In this document: positions 20,233 through 33,590 of the stretch, in pieces
Layout: each line of letters opens with the position of its first letter
How positions within the stretch are numbered: position 1 is the first letter of the stretch
Made by a program: the position numbers and the translations under genes
The notes under the pieces: generated by a model
What the model saw: only the letters and a program-made list of their open reading frames with translations
Databases searched by the model: none
Told to the model about the DNA's origin: nothing
Origin: Glycera tridactyla
Lineage: Eukaryota
Length of the DNA: 64,000 nucleotides
NCBI GenBank assembly: GCA_965644265.1
Contig: OZ286461.1
Location: 35,650,001-35,714,000, forward strand
Direction of reading: 5' to 3'

Positions 20233-20415
20233 TTAGTGGAAACTGGAATATACAGATTTTGTTCAGATACGTATGCACTCTAAAGAGGATTATTTAGTCG
20301 AAACTGGAATATACAGATTTTGTTCAGCTACGTATGCACTCTAAAGAGGATTTTTTAGTGGAAACTGGAATATACAGATTTTGTTCAGTTACGTATGCAC
20401 TCTAAAGGGGATCAT
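20233..20415. repeat. 61-bp x3 minisatellite
   Basis: Units at 20233, 20294 and 20355. Confidence 0.9.
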
Positions 20416-21349
20416 TTATTATCAGTTAATATGCATTTTAGTATGAGATGACATGGTCACTACTCAAGTGATCTGAAAATGAGGACCTCCATGCAAAGAT
20501 GAAGTGTCAGCAATTTAACATATTTTCATTATGAAGATTTTTTTTATTTGTCTGTATCGCTCATGTCTTCAAAGATGGCTGTAGCAATCTGGGACCGATA
20601 CACTTCCTCTGTGAACTCCCCAAGACACGTATTTAGTGTACAGGAAATTCTTCATTTTTTGAAAGTTTTCAATGGGGCCCATGAGAAAGGAGACGTACCC
20701 TCAAAGCTATGAAATTTGGGTAGAAGTTCCAGATGGCAGAATATTTCGAAGATGACCTCTCATTCAAGCACAAAATGAGTACACATTTTTGTCAGTGATA
20801 CAAGATGTGGCCACACTACAGGTGCTTTGAGAAGCACTCAACCGGAAGTGGTGTTGCACGAGCATCGCGGCTTAATAATGCCTCACTCCCGCCACCAGGT
20901 GTCGTTGTACAGCCTCCATGAAATCGGCGGCGGTGTCATGTATACAGCAATCGTCATTCAAATCCTTAATGGCTTACGATAAGCATTGTTCATCATCTGT
21001 GAGATGGCTCACAGATGCTGTACCCAGGAACTATCATCTCCACAACAAACCACAGTTATAAAGTTTTTGTAGTGAATCAAAATATTTTCGTACTCGTATT
21101 GAATATAATGATATTAATCAAACTCATTCTGAAATCAGGAACATGGCATGGAAACGTGAGATAGGTCACACCTAAAACAACCAATACTTATTGGGAATAT
21201 TGGGATCAGACTATCTGGTTCCATTGTCTTCAGATGCCTGTACATGAAATTCATGATAGCTTAAAAGAAATGGGGTTAAATATTCTCCCGATCTGATGCA
21301 TCTGTTTTTTTAAAGTGATGGGCTTCACTCAAAATGGAAGCATCGCTAT

Positions 21350-21581
21350 CAGACTTACTGGGATATCAAAGACCGGCCATGTTGATAGGAGTCTCTTCCT
21401 TGACGCACGTTAAAGATCCACTGCTGTCTTTCACAAAGAGTAGGGACGCCCCCCGACAGGCAGTGACTCTTTTCTTCAGCATTTTCAGGTTGTTTTTTTT
21501 TTGTTTTTTTTCAGTCCAATATAACCCATGCGGGTTTAAGTGACGTTAAACTCAAACAAACAAACAAACAAACAAACAAAC
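21350..21581 (+). mobile_element. SINE fragment with Meta-like core and (CAAA)n tail
   Basis: gcacgttaaagatcc...aaagagtaggg core; ends tgacgttaaactc(aaac)n. No tRNA head seen. The core assignment is from memory. Confidence 0.5.
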
Positions 21582-22725
21582 ATTCCAGTCATTTACATAG
21601 TTAGACATGGCATCGATAGGTCCACCATGTTGATGTTAGACAGGCAGACGTGTGTCTGAACTGCTCAAGTAATTAATGCAGTTTTCACCAATTCTCGAAT
21701 TTTTATGACTGGGTTTAGGTATACCCTGAAAATCATCTCACCATTACTTAAAACATACAGACAATGATATATTTTCTTAATGGTCACAACCAAGCCTAAC
21801 CGCTGATACTAAATTCCACAGGCAATTTTCAACTTTCGACTGGTTGCCATGGCAACGAAATCAGATTTTATCAATGATTTTCCCTTTCGAGGCCTGGCGC
21901 AATGCCAATACTGCATGATTACACTCATCTTTGGTATCAAAATGTGCATCTCATTGAGCTTGACGATTCGGCATCGGCACAATTTTCAGTTAGGTATCAC
22001 ATCGTTCATAAAATCAATTTTTGTGGTGAAAATTGAGAAATAAGAGCTCAAATACTACACTAAAATGTGTATTGCAGATTATCTAAAGCCAAATCAAAAA
22101 TTGTGCCCATTGTCGGATTGAGTGCATTGATGAAAGAATGAATTGACATCAAATATGACTCACTGTATTGTAGATCGGCATTGCGCCATGCCAAAATGTC
22201 CTAAAATCGAATACCTGCCTGGCATTTGTTGCCATAGCAACGGTTGCCAAGCTATCCTTGGCGACCGTATAACATCTGGTATCCATGCTCATGAACTGTT
22301 CTATCAATTGATATATAGTTTTCCATATCTCACTTCATTGATATGTATCGTATCTTGCTCCAATCTGAACCATTGATATTCCTTTCTGGGGTCAGCTAAA
22401 ACTGCAATAACGACTTGAGTGTCAGCTACTTCCGCTTGACAATCTTTTTTGGCTCCCCGTCATCCTATTTTCAGGGTTTGTCAAAGTACGACCTGCTTTG
22501 AGCAAAACATCAATTATCCACAGACCAGGAGCACATGGCATATGTCATCTATTAAGATGATATATGCCGTCAAACCATAACCAAGCCATACCAAACCAAA
22601 TCACACAATGTAGCATTTACCAGATGGGAGAATGAATCAATCAGAACCTATCCAGTCCCGATCCACTCCACCACTCAGCTGTCTAAGGAAGACTAAGTGA
22701 GGAATACCTAGAACCATGACCCAGA

Positions 22726-22881
22726 GGTTGCTGCATCTTTCCAGACCTTGTATAGGCCCCACTGGGTTGCTGCATCTTTCCAGACCTTGCATGGGCCCCA
22801 CTAGGTTGCTGCATCTTTCCAGACCTTGTATAGGCCCTACTGGGTTGCTGCATCTGTCCAGACCTTGTATAGGCCCCACCA
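22726..22881. repeat. 39-bp x4 minisatellite
   Basis: Unit ggttgctgcatctttccagaccttgtataggccccactg. Confidence 0.9.
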
Positions 22882-23759
22882 GTCCAAAGATTGCTCCGCC
22901 ACAATCAGGATACATGTATTCTTGAGAGACACTTTCGAACCCTCAAATCCAAGGACTTGGTCAATGCAGTATTTCTGTTCAAACGGGTTGCACTGTAAAT
23001 TTTGACGGAAACCCCTTTCATTCCTGTCCTTGAATCCTCTATTCAACTTCACTATGCTCAGTCATGATTCTTTTTTCATAACCCAAGAGAGCTCAGGCAG
23101 TATCATTGATATCTATTGACGGTCATGCAATATGCAGATGTCAGAATCCTAGATTCAATGGAGCAGACACCAGGCAAGCCAGCTGTGGCTTACTGTGAAT
23201 GTGAATTGGTTTACTAGAAAGTGTGGAGATATTGTACTGCAAGCAGATGACACATATCAGCGTAAAGCTGGTTTGAATTTTACAGTTCAAAAACAGAAAC
23301 CTTTTTCCAAGAGTTCCCCAGACCTAGTCCATATTTATTGTTCCAGTATTGCATTTTGCATCGTGTGTTCGGGATTTGTGGGAGTGCTGCGTGCAGGGGC
23401 AGAGTCAGAGCATCGTGCTGTTCGGGGCAAATGCCATATACATAATCGTACGTGATTATGCGTGCTGTCAAACTCGAATCAACTAACCAATCAAGCTGTA
23501 CTGCATGAGCGTGGCATTTGCGTTGCAAGTCTGGGTCTGTGATTCCGGTTGCATTCTTGTGGTCGCTGTCAATGCCACTGCTTCTTTAGGTATTTTCTAC
23601 CAAAATTGCACTATCACGAGATTTCTTTTTCTTAACCTCTTTTCTATCCCTCTAAGCTCTTTCTCATCTCCTCGGTGAAATGGTCTCAGGTGTAGGTGGC
23701 TGACGCTTTGCCTGTAGCAGATATTGTCACTATGCAAAATGCAGGTATCAGGCACATCA

Positions 23760-24105
23760 GTTCTGGGTTACTAGGGCTTCAACTAGGTTTACTAGGTTGT
23801 GTGATGGCATTTACTGCAAGCATAGGGCATACCATGATTGTAAAACTGGTTTGAAGTTGACAGTTCGTAATTCAAGACATTGTTTGAGTATTCTCCGAAC
23901 CTAATGCTTTTCCTTGTTTCAAGTACTGCACTTTGCAAAAAAGAAGCATAGCCATCAGGCTTGAGTGTTAGCTTCCAGCCACTTACATAGTTAGATGTGC
24001 CATCGTCATGTTCAATCTGTCTTTTTTGTAGAGTAGGTAGAGGTGTGTCTGAACCGTCAGCTACTTCCATTTGACAACCTTTCAGGTTCCCCAAACAAAC
24101 AAACC
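23760..24105 (+). mobile_element. Family R copy (long upstream extent)
   Basis: Aligns with 9585-9790 upstream of the core and with 35383 and 56000 in the segment ttgagtgttagcttccagccacttac. Confidence 0.65.
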
Positions 24106-24539
24106 ACTGCTTCTACCGCCAGCAGCAGGGTGTTCAGATTGGCGAGGAGAGAAAACTTCGACAGTTTCCCTATCAAACATTCTCTATTATCAGTACGTCA
24201 AAAAAGATGGCATTGCTATTTCCGTTACAAAATGATTAGCGACCATTAGTTGCAAATGAACAGCACACATGTTTCACTCTGATCCTTCATGAATACACTG
24301 TGAAACCAATATATTCATCATGCGCGTGAATGCAAATCTCTGAATATTACGACAAAGCTGGTCACTTGAACTAATATAACATGATTCCTCGGGTACATAG
24401 TGTGTCAGCTTACCTGAAATGATTTGGAGAGTCTGGCTAATGTTATCTGCCATGGTCTAGTAGGTTGTTTTTCGAACAAGCGCAGATTTACAACCCAGTG
24501 GATAATGTTTATGCGCTCCCCGAAGTCAAAAATCAAATG

Positions 24540-24886
24540 AGTAGATGAATGAGTGAGGGAATGAAAGTGAGTGAATGGATGAATGAATGAATGAATCAAC
24601 AAACGAACAAATGAATGAATGAACGAACAATGAATGAATGAATGAATGAATGAACGAACAAATTAATAAATGAATGAACCATTCAATTGCATAATTAGAA
24701 TAACAACACTGCGTAGAGGCAAACCCCACTTGAAGATGTATGAAATGACATCGAGAGTGCCTGTGATTTCCATATCATGTCATCCTCTGCTGGTACCCGA
24801 CAGCTTGAAGGGAAGGCAAGATGAGTGGGGACAGAACGAAGAAGAAGATGATGATGACGAAGAAGAAGAAGGAGAAGAAGGAGGAG

Positions 24887-24917
<31 letters not shown>

Positions 24918-25095
24918 GGGAATTCAATGAAATCATAAATACGTTTATACATATATTTTACTGTTCGCTAAAAAAGAGATTAAGGAGAAAAAAGAAGAGG
25001 AAGAAGAAAAAAAAGAAGAAGAAGAAGAAGAAGAAGAAGAAAAGGGGGGAGGAGGAGGAGGAGGAGGAGGAGGAGGAGGAGCATGTGGAAGAAGA
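24540..25095. repeat. (TGAA)n and (GAA/GGA)n microsatellite complex
   Basis: Visible directly; the intervening segment matches 51500-51580 in reverse. Confidence 0.9.
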
Positions 25096-26842
25096 AAAGT
25101 CTTGAATGATTCCAGCCTGACCCATTGCTCGTGGGTGTCTCAATATAGCTAGTCGGAGCTCTGTAAGGCGTTCGATGGGTGGTTGGTAGTGTGCTATATG
25201 GCGACGCCTGTGAACATTTTGGGAATATGGTACAAGTTATCCTGAAATCCCAGGTACAGCCAAACTATCAATTTGCTCATAACCTGAAAGTAGGCTCGAA
25301 ACGACACAGAACGTACCCAATCAAGTGCTTAATCGAATCAAGCGTTAGGATGGAGTCTACGACATGCGCTCAACTGAGGTTTTCGATCATGGCACCTAGC
25401 GTAATGGTACAAAACCAACAGTGCGCGGGTGAACGAAATAACACAGGTGGCCGATGTGCGACTTGTGACTCCAGCAGGCAGACACTAATGTTCTTCTTGA
25501 CAATGCTAAAATTTGAGGTGAGTTGGTCGAAAATGATGCTGTCCTCTGAATGGAAGAGTGTTGTGGTCGCGTGGGTGGTTGTGGAGCACATTCAAGCCTG
25601 TCAATACACATGAGTTCTTGGACCTTGAGCGAATCTCCAACCAGTTCCAGGATTCAAATCTGATTTTTACCAAAGTGAAACCGAGACTCGGCAAGAAAAT
25701 CCACAAGTTTCAACGTATCTATATCGGCTGCGGGTGGACGGATCCTATTGGTCTTCAAACCAACAATAATGATAATAATAATGATAATAATATTGATAAT
25801 AATAATAATGATGTTCATGATCAGACTAGGCAACCCACAAGCATTTCTAATATGAATTCAAATAGTAAGGCAACCAACTGAAGTCTGTCAAGTTTAATCG
25901 TGGCGGGTACGTTTTTCGCCCTAGCATCGCGAATTCGCATCAGATTGAAATGAATCTTGCAGACAGATATTGGGGACATCTCCAAGGATTAGAAATGTGA
26001 TCGCGCCAATGTTCACTTGTTCATTTCACCTTAGAGCGCCAAATATGTCAATTTCACACTGGTTTCGCGGCAAGTGCGACGGCCGTATCCACACTGTTTT
26101 ACATACAAATAATTGCCGATAATGGCGGCAGATTCGCTGTAAAAATGCAATGAAATGTCATTGGGGTCTCTTGTTGCAGGTTTCACTGTACATTGTGAGC
26201 AGGGCTGGTTGACATTCCAAGCAGGCAGGTGGACTTTCCTGATGTCTCCTCACCGTGATATTTTCAAAATTCAGTTTATATATTGCAAAATATCCATGGA
26301 TGAGCTTGTGAATACTTGTAGGAGAATTGGTTTCTAACTGAGGGCACTAACCAGGGAGTGGAGAGATCAAAGGGCACATTGAGAGAGGTCCGAGCCCATA
26401 GATCTACCATGCTGGCTGACCATCCTTTCTGTCCTCTATCACCGGAAGTTATTGGCCAGGGCCGTGTAACAAAGGCGTTAACAAGCGTTGCAAGTGGCGA
26501 TTTCTTGCCGCTAATGAAGATGTATCATCTGGCGGATGCTGCATGTATCCATCACCATGGTAACTCCACAAGCAGAGGCTGCAAGATGCGGCTACTTCGG
26601 ATAACAGTCCCTTGGAACATTCGTGCGAAAATGTTCTGAGCAAAGCAAAATATCGAAATTGGAAGCATCTGTATTCCTCGGGATATTTTATTCGACATAA
26701 GATTTAGAATTGTAGGATTAGCCCTGACTATCAAATCACCAATTAAGTAATTTGGCCAGGGATTTTGTTGGATGGTCAAAGAGGCATTATATACCATTGC
26801 ACATCATTGCCTAAAGATTACATCACTTTTATGGTTTCATTT

Positions 26843-27148
26843 AGAGCTTCGTTACTTTGGAGACAGCACAACTGAATTTCATGTTGCTTGCATAGAGCTT
26901 CGTTACTTTGGAGACAGCACAACTGAATTTCATGTTGGTTGCATAGAGCTTCATTACTTTGGAGACAGCACAACTGAATTTCATATTGCTTGTGCGAGAG
27001 CTTCGTTACTTTGGAGACAGCACAACTGAATTTCATGTTGCTTGCATAGAGCTTCGTTACTTTGGAGACAGCACAACTGAATTTCTTGTTGCTTGCATAG
27101 AGCTTCATTTCTTCGGAGACAGCACAACTGAATTTCATGTTGTTTGCA
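26843..27148. repeat. 51-bp x6 minisatellite
   Basis: Units at 26843, 26894, 26945, 26997, 27048 and 27099. Confidence 0.92.
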
Positions 27149-27810
27149 AAGGCCGAGGGTGGCAAAATTTGCTCTGCACCCCACTACCTGTGTTAGCTCT
27201 AGCCAATTGTGAATTTTTGTCATGTTTGGCTGATGAAATTGACACAACTTCAGCCAAATCAGCTAAAGTAACAAGACATGCAAAAACAGATTTCTGTCTG
27301 CAACTCCATACACCAGTTCGAAATGGATGTGATAGCAAAAATGATGTCTGGATTGGAGTGATATCAAAAGGGTTTCGGCTAAACCATGAGTAAATTGGAT
27401 AATATGGAATAGTTTTCTAGGCAAATTTTCTTGGGTAAATATCAGCCTAGCAGTACAATACAGTGAAATTAGCAATGAGAGACCCCTATTTAGGACCCCT
27501 TCTGATGGGAGACTACTTTTTCAGGGCAGCTTTTCTATATACAATATATGACATAGTCAAACATACTCTGCCGAGAGACCACAGCTGGGGTGGGGGGCAG
27601 CTTTCCTGATGGCATTTCATTTAGGGTGGTCTCTCATCACAGGTTTTCACTGTGCAGATCAGTATAACAATGTGGCTATTAATTTTGCAGGTGGGTACAT
27701 ATGTCGCCTTCATTCTTCGACCTTCCTGAGAGGTGGAATGCCACCAGTCCTCTTTCTTGAATGCCCAGAAATAGGTATAGTGATTTTATATTGACTCATT
27801 CTGATCACTC

Positions 27811-28350
27811 ATTATGCCCCCCAACTGAAGGTGGNNNNNNNNNNNNNNNNNNNNNNNNNNNNNNNNNNNNNNNNNNNNNNNNNNNNNNNNNNNNNNNNNN
27901 NNNNNNNNNNNNNNNNNNNNNNNNNNNNNNNNNNNNNNNNNNNNNNNNNNNNNNNNNNNNNNNNNNNNTTTGCGGAACGCGCTGTGTCCACTGTGTTGAT
28001 GCTACACTGCCGATTTTTGGTATGTGGACTACCCATGAGGGTTAGGTGTGCATAGGCATATTTGTTTGACCCTGTGACTTTTGATTTTCTGTCATTTGAT
28101 GGTTTTTATGTGGTCTTTGACATATTTTGAGACAGCCAAACTACCTGGCTCAGTTGCTCTCTTCCACTATTGTGTTAGACTGAAATGAACACGCACTTCT
28201 CCTGACTTTGACCTCATTCTTATGTAAGACTCTTGGTAACTGATGAGGGGTTCTGTTGTTCTCCCCTGTATTATGTAACACCTGGTCGATTTCATCATGG
28301 GGGGGGGGGGGGGGGGGGGCATTAGTCATCCTCTGGATTACAGTTCTAGG
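27811..28350 (+). mobile_element. Second copy of the same HINE-like family (about one core unit)
   Basis: Same 5' attatgccccccaac and 3' gcattag..atcctctggattacagttctag ends as 50421-51493. Confidence 0.7.
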
Positions 28351-28466
28351 TTTTACTGTTGATATTTCTGAGATGACTTGAAGTGGACTGTGTTGATGAA
28401 TCAGTAGTGGAATAAGCTTGCATCATAGCTGTTCAATACTGTTAAGTAGTTGCGTTGAACCAGCAT

Positions 28467-28865
28467 TAATGTTGGGAATCGGTTACTTTTTCAGAATCGA
28501 CAATCGGTTGACTCAACCAATCGATTATCGATTATAATCGGTTTGTGACAATGGTATCATCTTCTCTCCTGCCACCTCCACCAAGGGTGTTTTTACTCCA
28601 AAATGACTTATGAACGGGTGTACAGAAAGCAGTTTTGGAGGGAAATAAGGTCTGTTTTTGGCGGAGGGAAGCTGGCAGGTTTTCGTCTTCACATAAATCC
28701 ACCACTTCCTTCATGCAAAAGGCTGCATTCACCATTGAAATATATATGTGCCATGCATGTTTTGTGTTCCGATTAAATCGATTCTCCATTTCTGCAATCG
28801 ATTGTCTATTTGGCCACCAAGATCGATCGATAATCGGGAATTAATCAATAATCGTGACACCACTA
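28467..28865. mobile_element. hAT MITE, 399 bp, 8-bp TSD
   Basis: Direct repeat ACCAGCAT at 28459-28466 and 28866-28873; ends taatg...cacta; many aatcga subterminal repeats. Confidence 0.75.
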
Positions 28866-29579
28866 ACCAGCATGAGAGACCACCTCTCTACAAAGGCCAA
28901 CCTAATCATTGACTGTGGTTGCCTTTCTGTAGTAAAAACCCTCTGCACAAAGGGTACCTTTTTACAAAGTCCCCTGTGATGTGACCAAGGGTGGTCTATG
29001 TAGAACTATGACCATTGCAGGGAAGTTGTTCACTGTAGACAATACCTTCCCGGTCACTGCTGAGCCTTTTCAGCCAGGTGTCATTTGTATAGAGGTGGAT
29101 ACAAGCAAGTTTGACTAGTTCTATGACTAAGCTGTTGAGACGACTCTCTTCTGCTGTGGCTAAGCATTTGCAGCCATGGTTGAAATCAGGATCCTGCCAA
29201 AAAGAAGAAACACAATTGGAAGCATCACGAGTATAAAATCTTCCATCGCAGCGGTACAATAGGGAAATATTGTTTCTGCTCCATCTGTTTTTCATCCCAA
29301 AGCCATGATTGGTGTATCATCATGGTTGTCAACCAAATCTGGACTCAAATTCCATGTAATATCAGACAAATTGATGGTATCGAGATGTTCAAATCAGAAC
29401 TGGTTAAGATGGAAGGAAAATTAATTTGATAATGATTACACCAGTGGTCAGGAGCAGGAAAGCATGTATTCCGTCTGTCCGGAGTCATCATGATCCTCAG
29501 CCAACCTGTGAACATTCAAAATAGGTGATTGTATTCTTTGAGATGTGAACTTTTACCGACTTTTTACAGTGTATTTGTA

Positions 29580-30344
29580 CAGTGTGTAAAATTAACTCAT
29601 TTCATTCACTGGCCCATCGGGCCAGTGAATTGGTGGGATTCACTGGCCCGCACCTGATTTCACTGGCCCGCAGATTTTTCATTAAAAACACCAACAAAAC
29701 GGCATATTTAACATCATTTAATACAAAGGTGCCTGAAAGTAAGCTTCACACTGTAATAAATCATAAAATAATAGACGTTTATTCCGACTTCAATAGCGGA
29801 TAATATCGCCATAAATGGTATTTTTCTCGCGATACGAAATCCCGCATGTTTTCTCGCAACGCGAGATGTGAACGAGATCTGTCTTGGTTTTTAGCATGAT
29901 CGCCATTTGCATCAATTTATCCGGCCGAAATGTATATTAAATACCCGATATTGACGTGAAATACGTGCGCAGCGTGAAAGATTAATGTCTTTACTCCTCG
30001 AAATATCGTATGAAACTCACCGATGGCCATTATTTTGATGTATTTATGTCGATTCTTCTTCTGATAGTTTCTCCATTGAGAAACGCTTTCATGCAGACGA
30101 AATCTCGTCTAGACGTGACTGGTGGCAAGAAATAAACATCCAAGATGGATGCCGTGGTTTCCCCCAGAAATCATTGACATTTTCGTTGTTTCTCACACGA
30201 TTGTTCGATAAAATGAAGGTTTCCGGGTATTTATCGCGATTTTTTTTCACCGGCCCGGCGGAAAGATGATTCAGGAACGTTAACCGGCCCGCTCGAAGAT
30301 TCACCGGCCTCGGGCCGCCGGGCCGGTGTTAATTTTATACGCTG
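29580..30344. mobile_element. hAT-like non-autonomous element, 765 bp, apparent 5-bp TSD
   Basis: 17-bp TIR cagtgtgtaaaattaac/gttaattttatacgctg; TTGTA on both flanks; cactggccc subterminal repeats. Confidence 0.75.
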
Positions 30345-31701
30345 TTGTATGTGCTTTGAGGTGAAATATATGAACTTGCTCACTTTACTTACTTCATTCC
30401 TTACTTACTTATGAAGATTTCTTCACTCATAGTGCTATTGTATCATTAAAACGAATCCTCTAGTGCTAGACATTAGCCAGTGTGTTGGGGATTTTTTCCG
30501 TCGGAGACGATACTATTTTCACTTTGGGATTCCCACTCAATCTAGACAATACTATCGTCCATTTTGTGAAGCAATTTGACTACATTCAACTCACACAGTC
30601 AGTGGGCAACCATTTGTAAACAACTCTTCAGCCAGATATGAAGAGCCGTAGCCACTGGCTAACTGACTAGTGGCTAGTGCTAACACAGATCATGGAGTTG
30701 GCAAGTCTTTAGCCAAACTGGCTGAGATAAATCAAATTGAAGCAGATGAAAGGCGTAAGGATATTAAAATAGTGGCCGTCCGTCCATCCGTCCGTCCGTC
30801 ACACTTTCTCGGCTGCACAACTCCTTCATTTTACATGCAATTTTCACCAAACTTTCACAGAATGATTATCATTTGTGATTAAATCATTTTTGAAAGAGTT
30901 ATTGCCCTTTAATGGATTCTACATCCAGGTTTTGGCATATTCTGGTGCATCCACTATGTCTGTATTGTGAAACACCTCCCTGAAATGAACGATGCTTCTC
31001 TCAGCTTTGCCTCCATTAATAGGTCAGCTTCTGTTGTTCATACTTGTATTATGTAAGACCTATACAACTATTCTGGAGTCATTCATTATGACTGCATTGG
31101 AATACGTCTGGACTTTACCCCCTNNNNNNNNNNNNNNNNNNNNNNNNNNNNNNNNNNNNNNNNNNNNNNNNNNNNNNNNNNNNNNNNNNNNNNNNNNNNN
31201 NNNNNNNNNNNNNNNNNNNNNNNNNNNNNNNNNNNNNNNNNNNNNNNNNNNNNNNNNNNNNNNNNNNNNNNNTGTGAAAAAGCACCCATGGCGAGGGATA
31301 CACTGTCTGTGACAGCTTCTTGTTCAGTCTTGAATTGATGGACTTGACGATTCACTCTTTCTGAGCCTTGCACACAGGTCATACAGATCTATGGACTGTC
31401 CATTGGTCAACCTCATCAGTATTGGTCACTTGTCTGAAAAGTGGTTGTTCTGACCATTGTGCAACATTATGATAATAGTACTTTCAGATTGGTGGAGAGT
31501 ATGACCAAGTATATCGTGTTTGGATAATTATTTCATTGGTGTGGTGAACAAGAGTCTTTCTTGTTTCTTTGATGGATTTACTGACATCTTTTGTTGTGAT
31601 GCCAACTTAAGCACAATTTCTTGAAGTGTTTGTTGGGGCTTCACTTGGTGTGTTGCTTGTTCTCTTTCATGTAGTGTCAGTAAGTCAGTTATCCTGCTTA
31701 A

Positions 31702-32216
31702 CCCTTGGCGCCATATGATGTATTTTGACATATAGCCGATTATGCATAAGATGTATTTTTACCTACAGCCGATTATGCATAAGATGTATGTTGTCATATA
31801 GCCGATTATGCATATGATGCATTGTGACGTATTACGATGTGATGCAAAAAATCGTGATCACGAAAAAGTATGTACTACACGGAAGCTTGTAAAATTGACA
31901 AGTTTACAAGAAAACTGCTGTTATCACATCAACAAAATATTGAGGCAATTGATGATCTGATAGAATGTACATGAAAAACTCACTGTGGCAGCCTGATTTG
32001 ATTAGCCAAATCAAGTGAAGATTTACGATAATTTCCTACCACATGATGGAGGGTTCAGCTCATGAATTACCACAATTCTGAATGAAAAATGTTCTAGTAC
32101 TAGAATGAGAACAATTAATTGTTGCTGCAGGCTGAATTATGGGTTGAATTTTCACAAGAAAAAAATCATGACAAAATCTCACGTCTTCACCGTGGAATGT
32201 TCTAAGGGTAGAGGGT
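31702..32216. mobile_element. Possible degenerate piggyBac-like MITE with 33-bp subterminal repeats
   Basis: TTAA-ccctt left end; tatagccgattatgcat units at 31731, 31764 and 31797. The right end (agggtgaa) is weak. Confidence 0.3.
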
Positions 32217-32481
32217 GAATTCTATAAATACCTGAAACCAGAAACATTTGCACATGTTTGAACTGTCAGCCCCTGCCACTTCACAAACATTTTGTGTTCA
32301 GGGTATGTCAGAGTGGTGCTTGCAGAGGATATGGAACATGAAGAATAAATTGTAGGTTATTGCATGCCATTAAACTATTACCAACCAACTAACCAACCAA
32401 CCAACCAACCAACCAACCAACCAACCAACCATCCACACCATCCATACGCCATCCCTGTAATAGGGTGCTATGCATCAGGTA

Positions 32482-32673
32482 CAGTCGAACCTGCTCTAAA
32501 GACCACCCCTCTATAAAGACCACCTCTATAAAGCCCACCTCTCTTTAAAGACCACCTGAGTTGCGACCGTGGTAGTATTTTCAACAGTAAATGACCTCTC
32601 TGTAAAGACCACCTGCCTATAAAGACCACTTTTTGATGCGACCGAGGGCGGTCTTTATAGACAGCTTTGACTA
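32482..32673. mobile_element. CAGT-type MITE (aaagaccac subfamily)
   Basis: Closely matches 56241-56417, the inverted copy at 42375-42546 and about 59211-59368. An adjacent truncated relative starts at 32710. Confidence 0.8.
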
Positions 32674-33072
32674 TATTCTCATTCCAACGCATACCATGTT
32701 TTCTTACTACAGTCAAACCTACTCAAGATGCAACCTCTACAGTGACCACTTGCCTATAAAGATTACCTAGAACTGTGTCTCTGATAGTATTTTTTTTACC
32801 AACAACCCATCTACAAAGACCACCTGTCTACAATGACCCCTTCATGATGTGAGCAAAGGTGAATATTCTGTGTTTGTGATAGAACACTATCACAAACAAT
32901 ATTTCATGTCGCAAATTCGGCTAAAGCAGTCTTCAAGTAATTAATGCAGTTTCCACTAATTCTTGAATATACTTGAGTGTTAGTCACACCCTTGAAAACA
33001 CCCTCACTGTTCCTTTGAGAATAACACAGTACAGGTTATGGTACAATTTCTTAAAGGACTGCTAATACTAAA

Positions 33073-33590
33073 TTTTATTATACCCCGCTTTTGAAAAAGC
33101 GGGGTATTATAGTTTCACCTCCGGCGTCCGTACGTACGTACGTACGTCCGTACGTCCGTCCGCTCACATTTCATGCAATAACTTTAGATTGGCTGGTCCG
33201 ATTTTCATAAAACTTGATAACTGTAATCTATGTAAAAATGATTTTGATTTTTGTACCCAGAGGTCAAAGGTCAAGGTCACAGGAGCTATTTATAGATTTT
33301 CTTATTTTACACACTAACTCAAGCTAGCCTCGATGGATATGCACCAAATTCACACAAAGTGATAACGCAATGGTGGGCCACCTCCCTTTCGATGCATGTG
33401 ACCCTAAGTCAAAGGTCAAGCTAGCCTCGATGCATATGCACCAGACTTACATAAAGTAATCGCCCAATAATGGACCACCTCCCTTTCGATTCATGTGACC
33501 CTAGGTCAAAGGTCAAGGTCACAGGAGCTATTTATAGATCTTCTTATTTTACACTCTAACTCAAGCATACTTTGTAGATAGGGGTGACTG
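33073..33590 (+). mobile_element. HINE-like element, different family
   Basis: Hairpin ataccccgctttt/aaaagcggggtat, (cgta/cgtc)n microsatellite, repeated ggtcaaaggtcaaggtcac units. Confidence 0.6.

Noticed and set aside
9553-24094. Recurring GNLKGCQVEVA peptide as a Dscam-like alternative exon array on the minus strand
   Set aside because: No consistent splice sites, frame-breaking indels (e.g. the copies at 9585, 15398 and 22412), ragged ends and microsatellite tails all indicate a repeat.
24670-25143. Poly-E/poly-K/poly-L ORFs and ORFs containing X runs
   Set aside because: Translations of microsatellites or N runs.
26843-27148. CRISPR-like array (also 20233 and 40204)
   Set aside because: These are contiguous tandem units without unique spacers, in eukaryotic context with no cas genes.
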